Below, piece by piece: positions 58,495 through 64,000 of a stretch of 64,000 nt of DNA; position 1 is the stretch's first letter, and every line of letters starts with the position of its first letter. The stretch spans positions 9,247 to 73,246 of the forward strand of contig CAMQVY010000008.1 of assembly GCA_947038405.1 (NCBI GenBank), given 5' to 3'. Both the position numbers and the translations under genes were made by a program. Below the pieces are notes generated by a model that was not told the origin of the DNA, did not search any database, and saw only the letters and a program-made list of their open reading frames with translations. This stretch comes from an uncultured Rikenellaceae bacterium. Lineage in GTDB: Bacteria > Bacteroidota > Bacteroidia > Bacteroidales > Rikenellaceae.

Positions 58495-60606
58495 TTATTT
58501 TACTACAATCTTTTTAACCACAACATATTTTAAATACTTATTACGAGAAACTTCTGCCTTAATCGTGTGCTCTCCCTTCTTAAAAGAGGTTACAAGATCA
58601 GTTACCAATGCCCCATCAACATACCATTTAATTACATCCTCTGGGTTAATGTGAAGGAGCTTTAGTTGCACAGGAATATCTGGCTTATACTCGTAATCAG
58701 AGAGTGAAATTGACGGAATAGTACTGCTTTCATAACTCTCCTTTACTAGTGTAGCATCTAATTTGTATACTCCATCCTCAATTACAATAGAGTCCTCATA
58801 TATATTATATCCAGACTTAGATACACTCATTTTATAATAACCAGATATAACCTCAGCATAGTACTCTCCACGATAGTTAGAGGTTGTCGTCACTGAAACC
58901 CCAGTCGCATCACCCTCCTCTGAGATATTATTAAATTTAACCACTGCATTCTCAACTAGATCTCCATCTGAACTGTAAATCACACCATTCACAATTTTTT
59001 GTTCCACCAAAGGCGACACACTAAATTTAGCATCTAAACCCTCAATAGATATATCTTCTATGTTGTACGGAATATAAGCTCCTGCCCAACTAACAGCTCT
59101 AGGGTGCGATATTGCTGTGAATGAGTTTGTTCGACCATACGGATATGGGACTTTATCCCAATTAGAGTTACCCGCCAAAGAGGCATCTCCTGCAACTACA
59201 AACTTGAAACACTCGTGACTAACATTTGCGTTAGGCATATTATAGTGCCAAAGAACACCAGCACCAGAGGATTTATCAATATGAGTAATAATCAACCCAC
59301 TTGCAGGAATATATCTATCCCAAATATTGTCAGGGTCATTTTTTTGCCTATTCTCAACCATAAAATACTCTCCCTCAACATTCGTAGGAATCTTATAAGC
59401 CTCAAGATGGTCAATAGTTTTAAGTGTAATATCTCCAGAGTTATTTGCAAACAATTTTGGTACTAACCACCCTACAACCTCAAGTTCAAAGGCGTTGAAC
59501 ATTGGAGGCGTATTACCATAATTATTATAACTTCCAGATGTCATAATATCATAATAACCTAACCCATGCGATAGCCCTCCTTGATAACCATCTGTATCGT
59601 AGTGGTCATTCAAGCCAAAGACATGACTAAACTCGTGACAAAACGTACCAATACCAGCCATATATTGACCTCCATACCCTCTCAGTTCCGAAGTACATGC
59701 ATATCCATCTAATCTAACACCATTAAAAACTAGACTATTTTCAACACTCCATTTATGAGGCCATATAGCATCCACAACAGCAGACTCAGCCTCATTATGT
59801 CCTGCATAGTATATAATAACATTATCAATCACTCCATCTCCATCATAATCATACTGCGAAAAATCAACCTCTCGACTAGCTAAAGTAGCAGCCTCCTCAA
59901 TCATCTCTCTTGGTCTTATATCGTTTCCACCACCATCATTCCCACCATAATAAGCTCTCTGTTCTTTGAGTGTATATGGTCCTGCAACATCAAATTGCCC
60001 AATAAACTTTCCTCCTGAGACTTTTAAGAAATAATCTCGAGCACTACCTGTTGCACCATTACGAGAATAACCCTCTTTATTCAATAGGTCTGTAAAATCA
60101 GCATTTGGATTTGCCCCAACAAAACGAACATCCTGGTACTCGACTAAAATTACAATTGATTTAATCGTACCCTCATTCGGGAAACGTGCAGTTTTTTCAC
60201 CTGAAAATATTGACCTACGTCTACTGTCTGAAGCATATGAAGCTATGGCTGTCATATTTTGAGGTACGAAAGATGTTAAGAATGATCTCTCGCTACTATT
60301 AGTCCTATTTTGGGACACTCTCTGATTTGTAAATTTAACCGTACCATCACCATTATACGTTACATAGTAATAGTAACCACTCTTCTGCATTATGGTGTGT
60401 CCACTCATATTTGTAGTCCAATTGAAAAATTCATCTCCATGCTTTTTTATCGTAAGCTCCGTGCCATCAGGCAACACAACCACTATAGGTCTTGTATCAG
60501 CAGGAACTGCATTTGCGATCTCTATTGTAAATGTACAAATAAAGAGCATAACTAAACTTAACATAAATTTAGTCGAAGTTTTAGATTCTATTATTCTATC
60601 TCTCAT
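58495..60606 (-). CDS. secreted M6-family (immune inhibitor A-like) metalloprotease with carboxypeptidase-regulatory-like and C-terminal sorting-like domains
   Basis: 703-aa ORF with a signal peptide and the zinc motif HEFSHVFGLNDHYD. It has a later beta-sandwich region (VNGVIYSSDGDLVENAVVKF...YYKMSVSKSGY). The C-terminus, ending ...KYLKYVVVKKIVVK, resembles T9SS sorting tails. Confidence 0.7.
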   Translation of the reverse strand: MRDRIIESKTSTKFMLSLVMLFICTFTIEIANAVPADTRPIVVVLPDGTELTIKKHGDEFFNWTTNMSGHTIMQKSGYYYYVTYNGDGTVKFTNQRVSQNRTNSSERSFLTSFVPQNMTAIASYASDSRRRSIFSGEKTARFPNEGTIKSIVILVEYQDVRFVGANPNADFTDLLNKEGYSRNGATGSARDYFLKVSGGKFIGQFDVAGPYTLKEQRAYYGGNDGGGNDIRPREMIEEAATLASREVDFSQYDYDGDGVIDNVIIYYAGHNEAESAVVDAIWPHKWSVENSLVFNGVRLDGYACTSELRGYGGQYMAGIGTFCHEFSHVFGLNDHYDTDGYQGGLSHGLGYYDIMTSGSYNNYGNTPPMFNAFELEVVGWLVPKLFANNSGDITLKTIDHLEAYKIPTNVEGEYFMVENRQKNDPDNIWDRYIPASGLIITHIDKSSGAGVLWHYNMPNANVSHECFKFVVAGDASLAGNSNWDKVPYPYGRTNSFTAISHPRAVSWAGAYIPYNIEDISIEGLDAKFSVSPLVEQKIVNGVIYSSDGDLVENAVVKFNNISEEGDATGVSVTTTSNYRGEYYAEVISGYYKMSVSKSGYNIYEDSIVIEDGVYKLDATLVKESYESSTIPSISLSDYEYKPDIPVQLKLLHINPEDVIKWYVDGALVTDLVTSFKKGEHTIKAEVSRNKYLKYVVVKKIVVK

Positions 60607-60848
60607 ATCGGTGTTGTAATTTAAATTTTGCTTTTAAATTGTATGGCAAAAATCGCGCAAATCATCGAAAATTGATTAAAAAAATTATTATCTTTGAGCG
60701 AAAGAAATATTAATAAACAATAAATTCATAGAACAAAATAACGCTTTCAAAGAAATTTGATCTACTAACTATCTATTATAAAATATTTTAGCAAATTTCT
60801 CTGAAAACTAAATTTTCCTCTTTGAGTACGATTAACGATAGAATCACA

Positions 60849-62066
60849 ATGAAATTAAAAGATAGATTTTTAAAGTATGTGTCACTTGATACTCAAAGTG
60901 ATCCAAACAGTGAAACATACCCATCAACAGCAAAACAACTAACACTTTTAAACCATCTTCTTGAAGAGATGATCCAAATTGGTGTAAGCGATGTAGACAT
61001 TGATGCTAACGGATATGTAACAGGTACAATTCCAGCAAGTGAAGGTATGGAACATATGCCCACTATTGGATTCATAGCACACGTGGATACAAGTCCAGAT
61101 ATGTGTGGTAAAGACGTTAAGCCTCAAATAATTGAGAACTATAATGGAGAGGTTATAACTCTAGGAGATAGCGGCTTATCAATATGCCCAATCAAATTCC
61201 CTGAGATTACCCACTACATTGGTCATACACTAATAACAACGGATGGAACAACACTTCTTGGAGCAGATGATAAAGCGGGAATCGCAGAGATTATATGTGC
61301 TGCTGAGTGGTTACTAAACCATCCTGAGGTTAAACATGGAAAGATACGCATTGGATTCACTCCCGACGAAGAGATTGGTAGAGGAGTAGATTATTTTAAC
61401 GTAGAATCATTCGGAGCTGACTTTGCATACACTATGGATGGCGGATTTGAAGGCGAATTAGAGTATGAAAACTTTAATGCGGCAAGTGCTAAAATATCGA
61501 TCCAAGGCAGAAACATACACCCTGGATATGCCAAAGATAAGATGGTAAATTCACTTGATATTGGCTGTGAACTCAACTCACTACTCCCAGTAAATCAAAG
61601 ACCACAACATACAGAGCACTATGATGGATTCTACCATCTAGTTGGAATGAGTGGAGTTGTTGAAAACACAACACTTGAATATATAGTTAGAGATCACTCA
61701 AACACTAAATTTGAGTCAAAAAAGAGCTATTTAGAAGATGTAGTTGCTCTACTAAACAGGAAATATGGAGAGGGTACAATAACACTTGTTATGACCGATC
61801 AATATTATAATATGAAAAAGATGGTTGAACCACATCCACATATTATTGAACTTGCATACAATGCGATAGAAAATGTTGGCATTACACCGATAATAAAACC
61901 TATTAGAGGTGGTACTGATGGATCACGTCTATCTTATATGGGACTTCCTTGTCCAAATATATTTACTGGCGGAATGAATTTTCATGGCAAACATGAGTAC
62001 TGCTCATTAACAACTATGCAAAAAAGTGTTGATGTAATTATAAATATTGTAACAGTCATTCAATAA
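60849..62066 (+). CDS. pepT: peptidase T (tripeptide aminopeptidase, M20B)
   Basis: An ATG at 60849 gives MKLKDRFLKYVSLDTQS. IAHVDTSPD, GADDKAG and TPDEEIGRG motifs are present. Confidence 0.93.
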   Translation: MKLKDRFLKYVSLDTQSDPNSETYPSTAKQLTLLNHLLEEMIQIGVSDVDIDANGYVTGTIPASEGMEHMPTIGFIAHVDTSPDMCGKDVKPQIIENYNGEVITLGDSGLSICPIKFPEITHYIGHTLITTDGTTLLGADDKAGIAEIICAAEWLLNHPEVKHGKIRIGFTPDEEIGRGVDYFNVESFGADFAYTMDGGFEGELEYENFNAASAKISIQGRNIHPGYAKDKMVNSLDIGCELNSLLPVNQRPQHTEHYDGFYHLVGMSGVVENTTLEYIVRDHSNTKFESKKSYLEDVVALLNRKYGEGTITLVMTDQYYNMKKMVEPHPHIIELAYNAIENVGITPIIKPIRGGTDGSRLSYMGLPCPNIFTGGMNFHGKHEYCSLTTMQKSVDVIINIVTVIQ

Positions 62067-62072
62067 ATAGAA

Positions 62073-62128
62073 TAAAAAAATCCCTGCAATCACACAGTAT
62101 AGCTCTTGTGATTGCAGGGATTTTTTTA
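62073..62128. terminator. bidirectional terminator between pepT and manC
   Basis: atccctgcaatcaca (62080-62094) / tgtgattgcagggat (62107-62121) between an A-run and a T-run. Confidence 0.85.
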
Positions 62129-62136
62129 TTTATTAT

Positions 62137-63219
62137 TTAGACGAATTGCTGTTTATTATTAAATTTCACATCGTCAATAAACTTCTTTATGTTCTGTTCA
62201 TTGCTTTTTGGACAAACCATTAGAACATCATCCGTATCAACAACAATATAATCATCAAGTCCCTCGATCACTGTTAATTTATCTTTAGAACTCTTTACAA
62301 TTGAATTAGTGGTGTTGTACAACAATGTATTCTCTGACACAACATTTCCACTCTCATCCTTTGGCGCATATTGATATAATGACCCCCAAGTCCCTATATC
62401 AGACCATCCGAAATCACTAGTACGTACATATACATTACTAACCTTCTCCATTACACCAAAATCTATAGATACAGCTTTACACTCTGGATATATTTTATCA
62501 ATATACTCGCTTTCACTTGGAGTATTATAGTGCTCCGATATCGAACTAAAGAGTGAATACAACTCAGGCAAATAGGTCTCAAAGGCCTCTAATATTGTCT
62601 CTACATTCCAAATAAATATTCCAGAATTCCACATAAACTCACCACTCTCTAAGAAGACTTTAGCAACGTCGAGAGTTGGTTTCTCTGTGAATGTTTTCAC
62701 TCTATTAATACAAGAGTACTTCTCATCACCTTTACCTATCTGGATATATCCATATCCAGTATCAGGTCTACTCGGCTTAATACCTATCGTCATTAGAGAT
62801 TTATTCTCACGTATAAAGTCAACAGCGTCATTAATTACAGATTGAAACTCTGATGTATTTAATATGAAGTGATCACTCGGTGTAATAATCATATCAGCAT
62901 TAGGATTCATTGCTCTCTGTCTCATTGCTGCATATGCGATACATGGCGCAGTATTACGACCTATCGGCTCACAAAGAACTTGATCCTCAGCAAGCTCAGG
63001 GATGTGATCCAAAACAAGGTCTTTGTACTCACGATTTGTTACAACAAGAAAGTTCTCACGAGGTACTATCGCCTCAAATCTCTCATAAGTAGCTCTGATA
63101 AACGATTTTCCAGTATCTAAGATATCAAGAAATTGTTTTGGTTTTGCATTTCTACTAATAGGCCAAAAGCGACTACCAATCCCTCCCGCCATTATTATAC
63201 AATACTTATTTTTATCCAT
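62137..63219 (-). CDS. manC: mannose-1-phosphate guanylyltransferase
   Basis: An ATG at 63219 gives MDKNKYCIIMAGGIGSRFWPISR, the nucleotidyltransferase signature. The longer ORF-track N-terminus looks like an extension. Confidence 0.88.
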   Translation of the reverse strand: MDKNKYCIIMAGGIGSRFWPISRNAKPKQFLDILDTGKSFIRATYERFEAIVPRENFLVVTNREYKDLVLDHIPELAEDQVLCEPIGRNTAPCIAYAAMRQRAMNPNADMIITPSDHFILNTSEFQSVINDAVDFIRENKSLMTIGIKPSRPDTGYGYIQIGKGDEKYSCINRVKTFTEKPTLDVAKVFLESGEFMWNSGIFIWNVETILEAFETYLPELYSLFSSISEHYNTPSESEYIDKIYPECKAVSIDFGVMEKVSNVYVRTSDFGWSDIGTWGSLYQYAPKDESGNVVSENTLLYNTTNSIVKSSKDKLTVIEGLDDYIVVDTDDVLMVCPKSNEQNIKKFIDDVKFNNKQQFV

Positions 63220-63421
63220 TTTTGAAGTTATTAATTTTAATATTTTTAGTCCGCTAGGGCTCACAATATACACCATTTTTAGATATATCGTGATATAAAT
63301 ATACAATAAAATCTACGAAACTAATCGATATGACACTTCTGCGGGTGACTACGTACTATCACAGACGATAAAATTTCATGTTAACTCTACATTAATATGA
63401 TAAATTTTAACATAAAAATAT

Positions 63422-63429
63422 TACCTTTG
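63422..63429 (+). promoter_or_regulatory. candidate -7 box TACCTTTG for pssA
   Basis: Matches TAnnTTTG, 21 nt upstream of the ATG at 63450. Confidence 0.5.
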
Positions 63430-63449
63430 TAGGATAAAACAACTCTATT

Positions 63450-64000
63450 ATGAAGATAAAATTATTTACAATACCCAATATCTTAACACTTCTAAACCTT
63501 GCGTGTGGGTTTGCAGCAATATCAGTAACTCTACTAGATAAAAATATTGAGCTAGCGTTTATATTTATTATTATAGCTACTGTATTTGATTTCCTTGATG
63601 GATTTGCCGCAAGATTATTAAAGGCCTACTCTCTACTCGGGAAAGAACTTGACTCACTAGCTGACATGGTTAGTTTCGGGGTTGCCCCAGCGACAATTGT
63701 AATGGTTATGTTTATGGAGATGGATAGCAAACTAGCTCCTTTAGCTGTTATAATTGCACTATTCTCTGCCCTGAGACTTGCTAAATTTAATATCGATGAG
63801 AATCAAACCTCAGAATTTATAGGTCTACCAACTCCTGCAAATGCAATATTTTTTGCATCGTGCGGATGGATGTTTCAAAACGAACTAATATTCACAACTC
63901 ACAACGAATGGACATTAGCTCTAATTACTGTTGTGATGTCTTTCTGGCTGATATCAAACATAAAAATGTTCTCCCTGAAGTTCAAAAGCTATGCTATAAA
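63450..64000 (+). CDS. pssA: CDP-diacylglycerol--serine O-phosphatidyltransferase (CDP-alcohol phosphatidyltransferase family), 3' end outside window
   Basis: Hand translation is open to the window end: MKIKLFTIPNILTLLNLACGF...DFLDGFAARLLKAYSLLGKELDSLADMVSFG, which carries the D-x2-DG-x2-AR-x8-G-x3-D-x3-D motif. It is absent from the ORF track because no stop codon falls in the window. Confidence 0.85.
   Translation, partial: MKIKLFTIPNILTLLNLACGFAAISVTLLDKNIELAFIFIIIATVFDFLDGFAARLLKAYSLLGKELDSLADMVSFGVAPATIVMVMFMEMDSKLAPLAVIIALFSALRLAKFNIDENQTSEFIGLPTPANAIFFASCGWMFQNELIFTTHNEWTLALITVVMSFWLISNIKMFSLKFKSYAI

Noticed and set aside
1-64000. Search for mobile elements, prophage, defence systems, toxin-antitoxin pairs, tRNA/rRNA genes and invertible promoters.
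   Set aside because: No transposase, integrase, recombinase, Cas, restriction-modification or toxin-like translations appear in any frame of the ORF track. I saw no tRNA-like T-arm (GGTTCGAATCC-type) motifs in intergenic DNA. No long inverted repeats flank the polysaccharide promoter region at 6455-6726.

Overview
This is an AT-rich chromosomal segment of Bacteroidales type. Supporting signs are an lpxC-fabZ fusion, TAnnTTTG -7 promoter boxes, a DUF4199/DUF4293/GT2 cluster, a BatA-like VWA protein and lipoprotein-rich surface loci. Most of it is core housekeeping: cysK (partial), purB, metK, proC, the rimP-nusA-infB operon, lpxC/fabZ-lpxA, mnmA, panCD, guaA, pheT, ispE, tsaC, rex, guaB, htpG, pepT, manC and pssA (partial). 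Accessory-looking parts are: (1) a compact 5-gene polysaccharide cluster at 488-6454 (wzx, F420H2-dehydrogenase-like FeS protein, pyruvyl transferase, two tandem GT2 paralogs); (2) a BACON/LRR surface lipoprotein; (3) a cobalamin-riboswitch-controlled operon with two paralogous beta-propeller lipoproteins and a BtuB-like TonB-dependent receptor; (4) an M6 metalloprotease with a small lipoprotein; and (5) several small hypothetical genes. I found no transposase, integrase, CRISPR, tRNA, rRNA or recognisable defence, toxin or secretion gene set, and no convincing novel multi-gene protein system. The strongest signal not explained by genes is a family of short structured intergenic repeats with core AACTGCCCTACGCGGGCGG..GTGCGTGATCGCACTCAACAA. 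It has at least 8-10 copies in this window, all intergenic or at gene ends. They include a tandem pair of a 94-nt extended unit (27864-28100) and an inverted composite that doubles as a terminator (38427-38486). A second, looser family of nested palindromes and unusually long-stem terminators is also present. A 52-aa rubredoxin gene (8129-8287) is missing from the ORF track because of its size. Several ORF-track starts are TTG extensions; I corrected these using nearby ATG/GTG codons and -7 boxes.
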